Shown: positions 1 to 10,823, numbered from the stretch's first letter. The stretch: 64,000 nucleotides of DNA from an uncultured Spirochaetota bacterium (GCA_963835575.1 CAWIGG010000005.1:174206-238205), one strand, 5' to 3'. The notes: generated by a model from the letters alone, not told the origin. Numbers and translations are program-made.

Positions 1-265
1 AAAAAAATATGAACCATATCACGGATATGCCGATCAAATAGGAAAATGATAACTGGAGCCTTTGCCAGAACATACCTTCCGTAATCGAATGAGAGCTGGA
101 AAGACCGCATGAAAATACGGCGTATAAACCGACAGTTAATGACAGAAAAGCAAACGCCAGATTCACTTTTTCTTTTGTCTGCCGCAAAAAAAGCGCAAGA
201 TGATACAAACAGACACAGAAACAAATGACAGCTATGATTAATGGGGGTAATGACGTTAAAGCCAT
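1..265 (-). CDS. Partial multi-pass membrane protein (N-terminus only, continues past window start); 7TM-sensor-like
   Basis: Not in the ORF track because it is truncated. ATG at 265-263 with AAAGGA just upstream. About 88 stop-free codons reach the window edge: MALTSLPPLIIAVICFCVCLYHLALFLRQTKEKVNLAFAFLSLTVGLYAVF..., which reads as consecutive hydrophobic helices. Confidence 0.45.
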   Translation of the reverse strand, partial: MALTSLPPLIIAVICFCVCLYHLALFLRQTKEKVNLAFAFLSLTVGLYAVFSCGLSSSHSITEGMFWQRLQLSFSYLIGISVIWFIFF

Positions 266-614
266 AAAATCCTTTTACTTGAAAATGAATATATTATAAA
301 CATTGTTTCAATAAAAAGTCAACGGCGATTTTGTTATGGATATATGAAAATTAAAAGACTGCGGGAGGAAAGATCTGGCAATGATATCCGCCCGATAAAA
401 CAGCTTATTAAATTGTATAAAAAACAAGGTTTATCCGATTTGACACCCCCTTAATATTTTTAATAAAATCCTTTATTATGAAACCCTCAATTTCCCAATA
501 TTCAATATTTCTTTTTTTTTCAAAACTTCCATAGACATTTATTTTAAATCATTGTAGAATAAACCATATTAAAATTGAGTGATTTATTTTTTATTTATCT
601 ATAGCATATTTAAT

Positions 615-657
615 GGCAGATTTCCACTCCGCGCGAAGCTCGGGGTGGAAATCTGCC
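615..657. repeat. Hairpin repeat GGCAGATTTCCAC...GTGGAAATCTGCC
   Basis: It has 13-bp perfect arms around a 17-nt loop. It is related to the hairpin at 24030-24092. Confidence 0.65.
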
Positions 658-733
658 TATTATTAAGCTTTTGATAAAGTAATCACTCAGTTTAGGATTT
701 ATTTGAACCAATTCAGATTTTCAGGATGGAATA

Positions 734-1915
734 ATGAATACAGTAATTTCCAGTTTTATGAAATCTCCAGTTGTTACTGTACAGCCTGATATCAAACTAA
801 TCGATGTTGTCAAGCTGATGCGCTTAAAATCCGTTGGTTCAGTCCTTATCACACAAGAAAATAAACTGATCGGTATTTTTACTGATAAAGATGTCATTAA
901 ACACTTAAGCCGGCCTGAGAATAAAAACCTCATTAAACCCATTATTCATTTCATGACCCCAAATCCTGTCAGCATACAAGCTCTAGATACTACCGGCTTA
1001 GCCTATAATCTTATGAAACAGCATAATATCAGGCATTTGCCTGTTTTTGAAGGCGATACCCTGACCGGGATTATATCCATGCGGGACTTGATTGATCAAA
1101 TACAACAACCAAATAAGGCTGATGCAGATCATACAGTAAAAACCGAGGCCGTCTTAACTCAAAAGGCCAGGGAACTCACAGGTTTTCAAATACGAAACAT
1201 CTCATTTCTGGCTCATTTATATATGCATGATGCTGTTGATGACGAAATTGTAGAAAACCTCCGCGAATCCGAACTGGAATATTTTGCCCTCATTGAAAAA
1301 TGCCGTTATCTGGAACAGCGTGTGAATATTGATGAAAAAACCGGGCTCCTTAAATACAAAAGCGATTACCTGCTCGCTATTCTGAAAACAGCCACCCGGG
1401 TATTATCCGGGTTCATTGAAATATATCCTATCGGTTTTATCCGTTTTGATATTGATGATTTCTCTGTTTTCAATAACCGGTATGGTCATGATGTCGGCGA
1501 CAAGGTCCTTGTTCAGTTTTCACAGTTATTAAAAGATAATTCACGCCCAACAGATTATATCATCCGTTTTGGAGGCGAGGAATTTGATATCATCCTGCCG
1601 AACACAAAAAAAGAAGGCATGATCGGTTTGCTTGAAAAACTCTATCTTGCCATGGAAAATCTTAAAATCACTATAGACGGCAATCCCATCCGTATTACCG
1701 TCAGTGCCGGCGCCACAAACCTGGTTTACAGCCTTAAGAACCGTATTATTGATGATAGTTCCATTCAGACTATGTTTGAGAAGCTTCAGAATGAGGCCGA
1801 CAATGCGCTGTATGATTCAAAATGCAGCGGGAAGAACAGATTCAGTCTCTATGATGCCGATAAAAACAGTCTTTATCCCGAAATCCGCGCGCGGTACGCA
1901 TCGTCCAAAAAATAA
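734..1915 (+). CDS. Diguanylate cyclase with tandem CBS domains (CBS-CBS-GGDEF)
   Basis: Two CBS-like segments are present (VVTVQPD...IGIFTDKDVIK and PVSIQALD...GIISMRDLI). The C-terminal GGDEF domain has an RFGGEEF active-site motif and RPTD (RxxD I-site) five residues upstream. Confidence 0.85.
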   Translation: MNTVISSFMKSPVVTVQPDIKLIDVVKLMRLKSVGSVLITQENKLIGIFTDKDVIKHLSRPENKNLIKPIIHFMTPNPVSIQALDTTGLAYNLMKQHNIRHLPVFEGDTLTGIISMRDLIDQIQQPNKADADHTVKTEAVLTQKARELTGFQIRNISFLAHLYMHDAVDDEIVENLRESELEYFALIEKCRYLEQRVNIDEKTGLLKYKSDYLLAILKTATRVLSGFIEIYPIGFIRFDIDDFSVFNNRYGHDVGDKVLVQFSQLLKDNSRPTDYIIRFGGEEFDIILPNTKKEGMIGLLEKLYLAMENLKITIDGNPIRITVSAGATNLVYSLKNRIIDDSSIQTMFEKLQNEADNALYDSKCSGKNRFSLYDADKNSLYPEIRARYASSKK

Positions 1916-2054
1916 ATGGAATAAAATCTTTCTTGATATTCGAATAAACTCCTTACTTTCTGCGTGTAGAATCAGTTGGAATATAAAATCAGATAAATAA
2001 AATAACCTGATGAAGGGTAGTTCTAAATCTTGTGGTGGTGGTGGGTTTACAGAC

Positions 2055-2271
2055 TGTGTGAAAAGACAAAATTTCACCACGAAGACCACGAAGAAAATAA
2101 ATGGGTTAGTTAAAATTTGTTATTGATTGTTCATTATTTAACGGTAATAAAGAAAATAAACAATAATTAAACAAGAAAGTTAATCAATTATTAAAAAAAC
2201 TTCGTGTTTTTCGTGAACACTTCGATAAACTCAGTGCAGGCTTCGTGGTTAATAAAAAAAGTTTTCACACA
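2055..2271. repeat. MITE-like element with modular terminal inverted repeats (TGTGTGAAAA ... CCACGAAG)
   Basis: The left end is tgtgtgaaaagacaaaatttcaccacgaag. The reverse complement of the right end is tgtgtgaaaactttttttattaaccacgaag. The interior is AT-rich and non-coding. Confidence 0.5.
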
Positions 2272-2330
2272 ATCTTTTATCGCACCAACATTCAGGTTTT
2301 TGGGACTGCTTTAAGTTATATCAAAGAAAA

Positions 2331-2354
2331 AGGGCTGTCCTTCCGGACAGCCCT
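2331..2354 (-). terminator. Rho-independent terminator downstream of the helicase gene
   Basis: AGGGCTGTCC-ttcc-GGACAGCCCT is a perfect 10-bp GC-rich stem. It is flanked by T/A runs on both strands. Confidence 0.7.
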
Positions 2355-2378
2355 TTATTATTTTTTAACCGGATTTCT

Positions 2379-3626
2379 TTAATATGATGCCCTGTTTTTA
2401 TTATTCACTCTTCTGAAATATCCTATTGAATTTCCATTCCTATGGCCAGATGATTGAGGAATTGGACTACTTTGCTGAAGAGCAGGATTGCCTGCCGCGA
2501 ACGGGTGGTCCTGAACAACCGCTATATTTCTCGAAATCAATCTGTTGATATCCCTCAGATACGTCTTTTCGTCAGAGTCGCAAAATGAAAGCGCAATACC
2601 GCTCGAGCCAGCTCTCCCGGTGCGTCCGATCCGGTGCACATAGGTTTCGGGTATGTTCGGAAGTTCGTAATTGACAACATGAGAAAGAGACTCAACATCA
2701 ATTCCCCTGGCCGCGATGTCGGTCGCCACAAGCACTCTTATCTGCTTCATTTTAAAATTACGAAGGGCATTCTGCCTGGCTGCCTGGGATTTATTGCCAT
2801 GGATCGCCTCCGCACGTATGCCGGCCTGAATAATTTCCCTGACGACTTTATCGGCCCCATGCTTGGTCCGGGTAAAGACAAGCGCCGATTCAATGCTTTT
2901 GTCTTTTAATAGATGAATGAGAAGAGATTTCTTATGCTGTTTCTCGACAAAATAAACAGACTGATTGATCGCGTCCACAGTGGGAGAAGCCGGGCTTATA
3001 TCCACTCTTGAAGGATTGACCATCAAATTCCGCGCCAGCTTTGAAACTTCCTCCGGCATTGTTGCGGAAAAGAGCAGGGTCTGCTTCTTTGCGGGAAGTT
3101 TCGCGATGATCTTCCTGATATCCTGGATAAAGCCCATATCAAGCATACGGTCCGCTTCATCAAGCACAAAGAATTTTATATTCGCCAGATTGATATGTCC
3201 CTGGTTCATCAGGTCCAGCAGCCTTCCTGGCGTCGCGATCAATATATCCACCCCGGCCCTTAAGGCGTTGACCTGGGAAAATTGTGAAACCCCGCCATAG
3301 ACCGTTGTATGCCTGAGGCCTGTATATTTTCCATAAGCCGTAAAGCTTTCCCCGATCTGGACGGCAAGCTCCCTTGTCGGGCAGAGCAGAAGCGCCTGAA
3401 TAGCTTTAGGTCTTTTTACGCCGCTTTGCTCCGTATAGAGCATCTGCAATATCGGTATGGCAAAAGCGGCTGTTTTACCAGTGCCTGTTTGAGCGCATCC
3501 GATCAAATCCTTTTTGTTCAGAATAACCGGAATGGCCTGTTCCTGGATTGGGGTCGGCTTTGTATAACCTTCGTTTTTCAAAGCCTTCGAAATTGGTTCG
3601 ATCAATTTCAAGTTTTCAAATGACAT
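2379..3626 (-). CDS. rhlE: DEAD-box ATP-dependent RNA helicase (RhlE-like)
   Basis: Motifs AQTGTGKT (Walker A), VLDEADRMLDMGF (DEAD), LFSAT and HRIGRTGRAG are all present. The protein has a basic C-terminal tail. Confidence 0.9.
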   Translation of the reverse strand: MSFENLKLIEPISKALKNEGYTKPTPIQEQAIPVILNKKDLIGCAQTGTGKTAAFAIPILQMLYTEQSGVKRPKAIQALLLCPTRELAVQIGESFTAYGKYTGLRHTTVYGGVSQFSQVNALRAGVDILIATPGRLLDLMNQGHINLANIKFFVLDEADRMLDMGFIQDIRKIIAKLPAKKQTLLFSATMPEEVSKLARNLMVNPSRVDISPASPTVDAINQSVYFVEKQHKKSLLIHLLKDKSIESALVFTRTKHGADKVVREIIQAGIRAEAIHGNKSQAARQNALRNFKMKQIRVLVATDIAARGIDVESLSHVVNYELPNIPETYVHRIGRTGRAGSSGIALSFCDSDEKTYLRDINRLISRNIAVVQDHPFAAGNPALQQSSPIPQSSGHRNGNSIGYFRRVNNKNRASY

Positions 3627-4102
3627 TTTTTTTATCTCCTTTAAAAATGCGAGTCCAATGATTTTCTTTTCATTTTCATAATTACATAATTATAAAAAAA
3701 CTATGGACAACAGTCAGTTCATAACATACCGTCTGATAATTGTGAGGTTTAATTCTCCCGAAATCAGGAACCGGAAGGGTTTGCTTTTACTGACAAGAAA
3801 TCTGATAGAAAGATTTATCATCCAACTCTGCGGTATTATAACCGGTAATTTAATTACTGTCAAAGAAATGGCAAGTCGATCAAACTATTATTCCCGGCTT
3901 TACCGGTAAAATAATGATTATTTCTCATCACAACTTAAAATTCCGGGATACCGACGGGGCAAAAAATTTAACACCGTCAATAAAAATAGTTTTTTGATGC
4001 TGTATAAAATAATTAATTCTATATTGCTATAATATGGTCCATTCACTAAAATAGCTATGTGAAGTTTTTCAACGATTAATTTATATTTTCCGGGAGTCAT
4101 AT

Positions 4103-4996
4103 ATGTATGATGATTTTTATTTTGAGGTGGAAAAAGAATTTTACCTGGAAGCGGTGGCTCATCTTCAAAAAATGTATATCGCGGACAAGAAGTTTATCAT
4201 AGACCCAAAATACCCGTTCCCGGCCAGAAGCTATAACTTCGAAGAGCTGGAGCGTCTGCAGAAAATATTATTCCCCCTGTACTGGAATAACAAGGATTTC
4301 TGCACTTACAAGCAGAAGCTCTATGACGAACTGCTGGATTTCGCCAGCTATCTGTTTTACGCGATCCTCTCCTATGATGAACTGAGCGGCGACGCAATCA
4401 GCAGCGCTGTTAATGTAAGCATAAAAACCCTGCCTGTGCTGGGGAAAAAATTGAGAATGGATGTGGAGGCGGCCTATCTGGGCGACCCGGCCGCGACAAA
4501 AAATTACAGCCAGATCATCCGGACATATCCCGGGTTCAAAGCGGTTATGATCCAGAGGTTCGCCCATATTCTCTATTTAAACGGCGCCGTATCCTATGCC
4601 AGGGAACTGACAGAAACCGTCAATTTATTAACCGGTATCGACATTCATCCGGGAGCGAAAATCGGGGACTACTTTTTTATAGATCATGGAAACGGCGTTG
4701 TTATCAGCGAGACTGTCGAGATCGGCAAATGGGTCAGAATTTACCAGGGCGTCACGCTGGGAGCTCTCATTCTTGAAAAGGACAATAAAGGCAAATTAAA
4801 AAGGGGATACAAGCGGCATCCCACTCTTAAGGACGACGTTGTCGTCAATAACGGCGCAAAGATATTGGGACCTGTCACCATCGGAAGCAATACGGAAATA
4901 GGCCCGAACTGCTGGATTGACAGGGATATTCCTAAAGATTCCAGGACCTATCTGGATAACAAGTTTATCCTGCAGTACAAAATAATCAAGCCTTAA
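4103..4996 (+). CDS. cysE: Serine O-acetyltransferase (long-form, hexapeptide-repeat)
   Basis: The core GIDIHPGAKIGDYFFIDHGNGVVISETVEIGKWVRIYQGVTLGA is typical of the SAT left-handed beta-helix. Confidence 0.75.
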   Translation: MYDDFYFEVEKEFYLEAVAHLQKMYIADKKFIIDPKYPFPARSYNFEELERLQKILFPLYWNNKDFCTYKQKLYDELLDFASYLFYAILSYDELSGDAISSAVNVSIKTLPVLGKKLRMDVEAAYLGDPAATKNYSQIIRTYPGFKAVMIQRFAHILYLNGAVSYARELTETVNLLTGIDIHPGAKIGDYFFIDHGNGVVISETVEIGKWVRIYQGVTLGALILEKDNKGKLKRGYKRHPTLKDDVVVNNGAKILGPVTIGSNTEIGPNCWIDRDIPKDSRTYLDNKFILQYKIIKP

Positions 4997-5244
4997 AACC
5001 TTTAGGACAGTGCTTTTTTAAGTTGTAATACTAATTTCACATCTTTTTTTTTTAAAATTCAAATTTTTCTGAAAGAAAATCTTTATGCAATTTGTAGCTT
5101 TTATATTAAAAAAAAGCGATAATATTAGGGGTTGTTTTAATTGAAGCGAATAAAACAGCCGATTTATTATAAAAATATATTCATGGTTTAAAAAAGATTC
5201 AAATTCTTTTCTAATCCTTTGAGTAGGAAATAGGAGTATTACGT

Positions 5245-5529
5245 ATGTACCAGGACAAAAACTTGAAATGCCGCGATTGCGGAGCTGATTTTGTTTTCAG
5301 CGCTTCAGAACAGGAGTTCTATGCCCAGAAAGGCTTCCAGAATGAACCCGTCCGCTGTCCGGATTGCCGGAGAGCCAAAAAATCACAAAGCCAGGGCGGT
5401 TATGGAAGACAGGAAAGGCAGATGTATGATGTAACATGTTCTTCCTGCGGCCAGCCCGCACAGGTCCCGTTCAAACCCACGAACGACAAGCCTGTTTATT
5501 GCAGAGAGTGCTATTCTAAAAACCGCTAA
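5245..5529 (+). CDS. Small zinc-ribbon protein (paired CxxC motifs)
   Basis: The cysteine pairs are CRDCG...CPDCR and CSSCG...CRECY. The FVFSASEQEFYAQKGF motif is typical of a widespread small zinc-ribbon family. A strong SD (AGGAG) precedes the ATG. Confidence 0.7.
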   Translation: MYQDKNLKCRDCGADFVFSASEQEFYAQKGFQNEPVRCPDCRRAKKSQSQGGYGRQERQMYDVTCSSCGQPAQVPFKPTNDKPVYCRECYSKNR

Positions 5530-5963
5530 TTATTTTTAATAAAATAATACGACGTTTTTGAAAAACTATCCGCACGTGCCGCAGGCTTTTTTGCCAGCGG
5601 CTGTGCTGTGATAGTATTTTTTCTGCAATTTAAAGCAATATATTTGTTTCCCTCAATGTTTAATTTAATTGCCGCCGGAATGCGTTGAAGACAGTTTATT
5701 CGTGTTTATATTTTAAAGCATAAGCATTGTTTTTAAAGACCATCCCTGTCAATTATTTTTTTACAATGAAACTTAAAGAAAACAGAAAGTGATATATCAA
5801 AACCGATAGAAAACCCCTCGTAAATAAAATTCCATTCAATCTAAATCAAAAAGCTAAAAATATCTAATTCTTTTATCAGCAGCAAATTATATTTTTGTTT
5901 TTATACCTGGTACACTATTTGCTTATAATAACCATGAATTTTAATTTAACAGGAGATTCAATT

Positions 5964-6629
5964 ATGAAAGGCAAATGGTTTTTAGCCCTAATGCCAGTTT
6001 TACTTCTTCAGAGCTGTGTTCTGCTTCTTAAAGACAATATATCCGGTTCCGGCAGAGTTACCACCGAATCCCGGGCTGTCAGCGGAATAAACGGGATGGA
6101 ACTGAACGCTATAGGCGAAGCACAGGTCGTTGTCGGCAGCGCTGAAGCTTTAGTTGTCGAGGCTGAAGACAATCTTATGCAATATATTACAACTGAAGTC
6201 GTAAACGGCAGACTAAAATTAGATATCAGCCGGAATGTTACTATCAGCCCGACCAGACCGATCCGCTATACAATTATTGTAAAAGATATTAATGACGCCG
6301 TAATTAACGGTTCCGGTGATATCAGTATTTCCGGTATCAGTGAAAACAGCATGAACTTGAACATAAACGGTTCGGGTTCTATTAATGCTTCAGGGGATTG
6401 TGTCTATCTCAATACTGATATAGCAGGGTCAGGTTCCATTAACGCTTCCGACCTGATGGCAAATATAGTGAATACCGATATCAGCGGATCAGGAAGCGCC
6501 ACGGTGTGGGCATCAGACAACTTAAACGCCTTAATTTCCGGGAGCGGTAATATTAATTACTATGGAAATCCCAATGTTACCAAGAACATCACAGGTTCAG
6601 GATCGGTCCATTTTCTTGGATATAAATAA
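5964..6629 (+). CDS. Lipoprotein with GIN/DUF2807-type beta-helical repeats
   Basis: I re-called the start at ATG 5964, which has AGGAG 7 nt upstream. The signal and lipobox read MKGKWFLALMPVLLLQSC. GSG(S/D)I repeats occur (INGSGDISISG, INGSGSINASG, IAGSGSINAS, ISGSGSATV, ISGSGNINYYG). Confidence 0.7.
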   Translation: MKGKWFLALMPVLLLQSCVLLLKDNISGSGRVTTESRAVSGINGMELNAIGEAQVVVGSAEALVVEAEDNLMQYITTEVVNGRLKLDISRNVTISPTRPIRYTIIVKDINDAVINGSGDISISGISENSMNLNINGSGSINASGDCVYLNTDIAGSGSINASDLMANIVNTDISGSGSATVWASDNLNALISGSGNINYYGNPNVTKNITGSGSVHFLGYK

Positions 6630-6655
6630 AACCTTAAACTCTCTCTCAACCTCAA

Positions 6656-6695
6656 AGCCCGGCGGCTTCATTCTGCCGGGCTTTATTTATTTTCT
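6656..6695. terminator. Bidirectional terminator between convergent genes
   Basis: The hairpin is AGCCCGGC-ggcttcattct-GCCGGGCT followed by TTTATTTATTTT. It lies between the stop codons at 6629 (+) and 6753 (-). Confidence 0.65.
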
Positions 6696-6752
6696 TAATT
6701 AAAGAAAAAAACATATACTGAAAAAAATATTTTTTATATAAATAAAGAATAA

Positions 6753-8441
6753 TCAGGCGATCGGGCCATATTGAATGACATTTTCTTCCGGCGATTCGAA
6801 AAATCTGGCGTTCGTTATTTCCTTTTCAATTTCCAGTTTGCTTTTCTTAATATTCAGTACCGTTCCAGGATAGATCTTATCCTTAATGATAATAACAGGT
6901 TCCTCTTCGAGTATCAGCTTCTGCTCAATTTTAGAAACCTGTTCCATCAACTCTTTAACTTTTTTATTAATATTCGATTCCTCAGAGAGCAATTCCAAAC
7001 AAAGGATTTTTTTAACTTCGGGCAGGCTTTCGACATATTTTTTCGGATCTTCAAATAACTGCGACCCGAAAGTGGCCGTCAGCTTAGTCATCACCGTTTG
7101 GAGCAGGTCCTTCTGGCGGTTCATGACACTCCTGACAGATTCAAGCTCGCGCTCCAGCTCAAGGTTTCTGCCGACGGTAAGTACTGTGTTTGAAACAGTT
7201 TCCGAGCCTGCTGAATTAACCTCAATTTTATAAAGCGCGATGGTCTCGCCGCCCAGGATCCTGCCATGAGCGCTTGAGACAATTACTTTCTTATTTGAAA
7301 AGACCTTGCTGTTGATAATGGAATCCTCAGCCATTATTTCACCGCCGGCTTCCACATGTGCATTCTGGATAAATTTCGCGCTGACGCTGCCGGCCGCCTT
7401 GATGATTTCGGGACCTTTACCGGAAATACCCATTTTCACCGTTATATTCCCGCCTGCTTCAATAGCCGCTTCATCCACGCTTTGTTCTATAAGAATATCG
7501 CCCCTCGATTTTACTGAAAAACTGGGGTGTACGCTGCCTTTTATAATAACCGACCCGTTATAATCTATATTTCCCCTCTCGTAATTCACATCACCGCTGA
7601 TCGTTAATACTGCTTTGACCGATACCCTTTTTTTGTCGATTTCCAGATAGCCGTCAATAGCCGAAACATATATTTCCGGGTTATTTACCGAAGGGCTAAT
7701 ATTATCTCCCGCTTCATAACCTTCTACCATTTCGTTAACCGCAGCGACTTTATTTCCGAAGATATCTGTCCCGTCCGAAGGCTGCACTTCCATATGCCTC
7801 TGTAATACTTCTTCCCCTTGAGAAACCTGGATAATAGAACCCTGATCTTTAAAATCTATTTTTCCGTCAAGCTGCAGTTTTCCCGCTTTTCTGGTCGTAT
7901 CGATCAATAATGTATAATACTCCGGCTTTCCATTGACGGGTTCCTGCATTGACTGCGCTATTTTTACTTTAGTTATTTGCCGAACGGCGGGATCGATTTT
8001 TAAAATCTCCGCCTTGATAATTTCAGGATCAACCGGGGCAGTGATTTTATTTTCTGAAATCACCGCGCCGATATCATCGTAATCGGAAAGCTTGCCGTTA
8101 TTTGCAGGATGGATAAGATAATACGCTTTTGTTTTATCTTTTGTTATCTGGAATGGGATAATAAGATGCAGTCCTTTAATGCTGTCATTAACGATAAATC
8201 CATACTGCTTTGCCCTGTAATTTTTAGCTGTTTCATCAAAGTGAATGCCGGCCCCAGTTTTCAGCTGGAAAAACGGGACGATAGAATGATAAGGATATGC
8301 CGGGTCTGCAAACCTTTCCGCATCCTCCGGACTATTTGCTTCCGCTAATTCGGCTATCAAGTCATCCTCCGCCACAAAATTGTGATGGCCTGAAAGGACC
8401 GTATGGGTTTCACCCGCTTCATTCCGGTCTTCGACAAACAT
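6753..8441 (-). CDS. FapA/DUF342 family protein
   Basis: The protein is 562 aa. Its central region is a beta-helix-like repeat (GNITVKMGISGKG...AGGEIMAEDSIINSKVFSNKKVIVSS...GRILGGETIALYKIEVNSAGSE). A coiled-coil tail follows, as in DUF342 proteins. Confidence 0.7.
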   Translation of the reverse strand: MFVEDRNEAGETHTVLSGHHNFVAEDDLIAELAEANSPEDAERFADPAYPYHSIVPFFQLKTGAGIHFDETAKNYRAKQYGFIVNDSIKGLHLIIPFQITKDKTKAYYLIHPANNGKLSDYDDIGAVISENKITAPVDPEIIKAEILKIDPAVRQITKVKIAQSMQEPVNGKPEYYTLLIDTTRKAGKLQLDGKIDFKDQGSIIQVSQGEEVLQRHMEVQPSDGTDIFGNKVAAVNEMVEGYEAGDNISPSVNNPEIYVSAIDGYLEIDKKRVSVKAVLTISGDVNYERGNIDYNGSVIIKGSVHPSFSVKSRGDILIEQSVDEAAIEAGGNITVKMGISGKGPEIIKAAGSVSAKFIQNAHVEAGGEIMAEDSIINSKVFSNKKVIVSSAHGRILGGETIALYKIEVNSAGSETVSNTVLTVGRNLELERELESVRSVMNRQKDLLQTVMTKLTATFGSQLFEDPKKYVESLPEVKKILCLELLSEESNINKKVKELMEQVSKIEQKLILEEEPVIIIKDKIYPGTVLNIKKSKLEIEKEITNARFFESPEENVIQYGPIA

Positions 8442-8694
8442 GCGGCTGATACTTCTGTCAATATAAAAAATAAGCAGTTTTATTTTATTACCCTCAATAG
8501 CTTATATATAATCATCGGTATTTAATATCTGCTTCTTACCACCAAATAATATCTTATATGGATTGAGTAGAATTATCAATAGTTATTTCTAATAATGATA
8601 TCTAAAACTTTGAAATCCTTTTTATTGCCTGAAATGTGGCAAAAAACAGCAAATTCAATTAAGATAAATATTGTTTTAAAAAGGAGGATTAATT

Positions 8695-9108
8695 ATGGCG
8701 GTCACAGGGTTCGCTCATTTATGCATTCATACAAAAGACCTTGAGGAATGCGGGAAATTTTACTGTGATATACTGGGGTTCAAAAAGGTATTTAATTTCA
8801 CGAAAAACGGAAAATTAACCGGTTTTTATGTCCGGATCAGTAAAAATACATTCATGGAATTCTTCCAGGACGATCATGACTATAAAGAGAAATCATCTAT
8901 AGCGCATTTCTGCCTGGAAACGGATAATATCGGGAAAATGAAAAAGCATCTGGCGGAGCATTCGGTTCAAACGACTGAAATAAAACTCGGCGTCGATAAC
9001 ACCTATCAATTCTGGTTCAAGGACCCGAACGGCCTCGATATCGAGTTCCATCAATACACAGGCAAAAGTTCACAGAGAACAAAAAAGGATGTGGAAATAG
9101 ACTGGTAG
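8695..9108 (+). CDS. VOC (glyoxalase/bleomycin-resistance/dioxygenase) family protein
   Basis: The protein is 137 aa and shows the FAHLCIHTKDLEECGKFYCDILGFK beta-alpha-beta-beta-beta module pattern. AGGAGG precedes the ATG. Confidence 0.7.
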   Translation: MAVTGFAHLCIHTKDLEECGKFYCDILGFKKVFNFTKNGKLTGFYVRISKNTFMEFFQDDHDYKEKSSIAHFCLETDNIGKMKKHLAEHSVQTTEIKLGVDNTYQFWFKDPNGLDIEFHQYTGKSSQRTKKDVEIDW

Positions 9109-9117
9109 AATTTCATA

Positions 9118-9903
9118 CTAAGTCTGATCGGCAAAACGCCACCAGGCAAATGTGCCGGCCAGCCCCAGAACGCTAGTCAAAATCAGTATCATATAGTTTA
9201 TGAGAGTGAGTGATTCCGCGCTTTCGGACCCCGCCGCGCCGCTGTAAAGCATCGGTATTGCCCATGGAACATATTGCGAAAAACCCAGCGCGCCGGCAAA
9301 TTGCGCCAGCGCCATTGTGAGAACCACATAAGCCATGGGAGGCAGATATCCCCGGCCGGAACTCGCAAAAAACGCTACCGGCGTACAGAGTATTATTGTA
9401 AGTAAAGAAGCTATGGAATATAAATACGCGTTATGAAAAGCCAGTGCGGCTGACCATCCCGGAATATCGATTATCAATCCGACCAACAGACTTATTATCA
9501 ATAAAATAACTGAAAGCAGGGCGCACCAGACTGCCGCAACAATAAATTTTGAAAAAACGATGGCCGATCGCGAGACCGGCAGCGAAAGGAGGTCTTTGAC
9601 GGTACGGTCGGAATATTCCCGCCCGAAAGCCCAAGAAAACACAAAACCGTACCCGATCAATCCCAGCGCGGACGCCGCCATATTGAGTATCCCGAAATAA
9701 TTCGGCCAGTCGGCCTTTCCCAGCAAACGCGCTTTGGTACCCAAGAGTCCTAATTTATATGCAAGTTCCGGATTTTTTGAAACCCATAACAAAAAACCCA
9801 TCATAACCGCTATGACAGAATAAGCCAGCAGGGTTGCCGGAAACATTTTGGATTTGATTATTTTCATGCTTTCAGCCCGGAGGGCCGCAGACATGCTTTT
9901 CAT
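9118..9903 (-). CDS. ABC-2 type exporter permease
   Basis: This is a 261-aa polytopic membrane protein. Its start overlaps the stop of the upstream ATPase by 4 bp, indicating translational coupling. Confidence 0.7.
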   Translation of the reverse strand: MKSMSAALRAESMKIIKSKMFPATLLAYSVIAVMMGFLLWVSKNPELAYKLGLLGTKARLLGKADWPNYFGILNMAASALGLIGYGFVFSWAFGREYSDRTVKDLLSLPVSRSAIVFSKFIVAAVWCALLSVILLIISLLVGLIIDIPGWSAALAFHNAYLYSIASLLTIILCTPVAFFASSGRGYLPPMAYVVLTMALAQFAGALGFSQYVPWAIPMLYSGAAGSESAESLTLINYMILILTSVLGLAGTFAWWRFADQT

Positions 9904-10823
9904 TGTACGCCTCCATTCACGCCGATTATTCTTAAAAAATAACTCTCCAGGTCTTCTTCCTCGACGTTTAAAAGCGACGGCGGCAGTCCGGAATGGACTA
10001 AGAAAGCCGCTATTTCCTCGGGATGGTTGAGGGCTTTTTCTCCTGTTATTTCCAGGATGCCTTCATTGGTCTGGTTAACTGAATATCCCTCATTTTTCAA
10101 TTTAATTCCGGCGGCTGTATTATCAATTGTTTTAATAAGAAGACGCCTCCGGCGGAGTTTGTCCAGACTGTCAGCGTCCGCTTCCTGCAAAAGCCTGCCT
10201 TTATGAATAATACCGATGCGGGTGGCAAACCTGGAGATCTCGCCCAGGATATGGCTGGAAATAAATATGGTGACCCCCTGGTTAAAAGCAAGGTCCTTGA
10301 GCATTTCCCGTATCTCGACAATTCCGGCGGGATCGAGCCCGTTGGAAGGCTCATCCAGGATCAGTATTTCAGGCTTGTGAATCAGGGCCCTGGCCAGCCC
10401 GAGCCTCTGGGCGTTGCCCAGGGAAAGATTCCTTGCCTTTATTTCAGAATATTCTCCCAGCTTCATTCTTTCAATGATTGAATCAATGGAATGTTTATCT
10501 TTTATTAAACGGAGCCTGCGGGTTATTTCCAGGTTCTCCCGGACGGTCAGGTCGGGATACGAATAGGGTATTTCCACAAGAAAGCCGACGCTGTTCCATA
10601 ACCCGAAATTCCCTCCGCGGACACGCCTGTTGCATAAAAAAGATGCGCCCGATGACGGACGGACCATGCCTAGGAGCATCCGGATGGTTGTAGTCTTTCC
10701 CGCGCCGTTCAAGCCGAGGAAACCGTAAATCTCGCCTTTTCCGACACGGAGTGATATGCCGTCCGCCGCATGGACCTTTCCGTAGTATTTTGAAAGATTT
10801 TCAGTCCTGATGATTTCATCCAT
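9900..10823 (-). CDS. ABC transporter ATP-binding protein (ABC-2/bacitracin-type exporter)
   Basis: Motifs are Walker A GLNGAGKTT, signature LSLGNAQRL and Walker B ILILDEPSNGLD. The start was moved to MDEIIRTENL (GTGAGG SD); the track start at 10835 is 4 codons upstream. Confidence 0.85.
   Translation of the reverse strand: MDEIIRTENLSKYYGKVHAADGISLRVGKGEIYGFLGLNGAGKTTTIRMLLGMVRPSSGASFLCNRRVRGGNFGLWNSVGFLVEIPYSYPDLTVRENLEITRRLRLIKDKHSIDSIIERMKLGEYSEIKARNLSLGNAQRLGLARALIHKPEILILDEPSNGLDPAGIVEIREMLKDLAFNQGVTIFISSHILGEISRFATRIGIIHKGRLLQEADADSLDKLRRRRLLIKTIDNTAAGIKLKNEGYSVNQTNEGILEITGEKALNHPEEIAAFLVHSGLPPSLLNVEEEDLESYFLRIIGVNGGVQ

Noticed and set aside
3703-4100. Small ORFs 3703-3909 (+) and 3918-4100 (-) in the helicase/cysE divergent intergenic region. 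The same applies to 32738-32923, 33025-33297, 63451-63633 and 63621-63803.
   Set aside because: These lie in AT-rich intergenic or repeat DNA, have no SD, and cross palindromic repeats. They are most likely non-coding.
5895-5963. The upstream extension of the GIN-domain lipoprotein ORF (start at 5895)
   Set aside because: The extension precedes an excellent AGGAG-N7-ATG start, which gives a canonical lipoprotein signal peptide. The extension has no signal-peptide logic.
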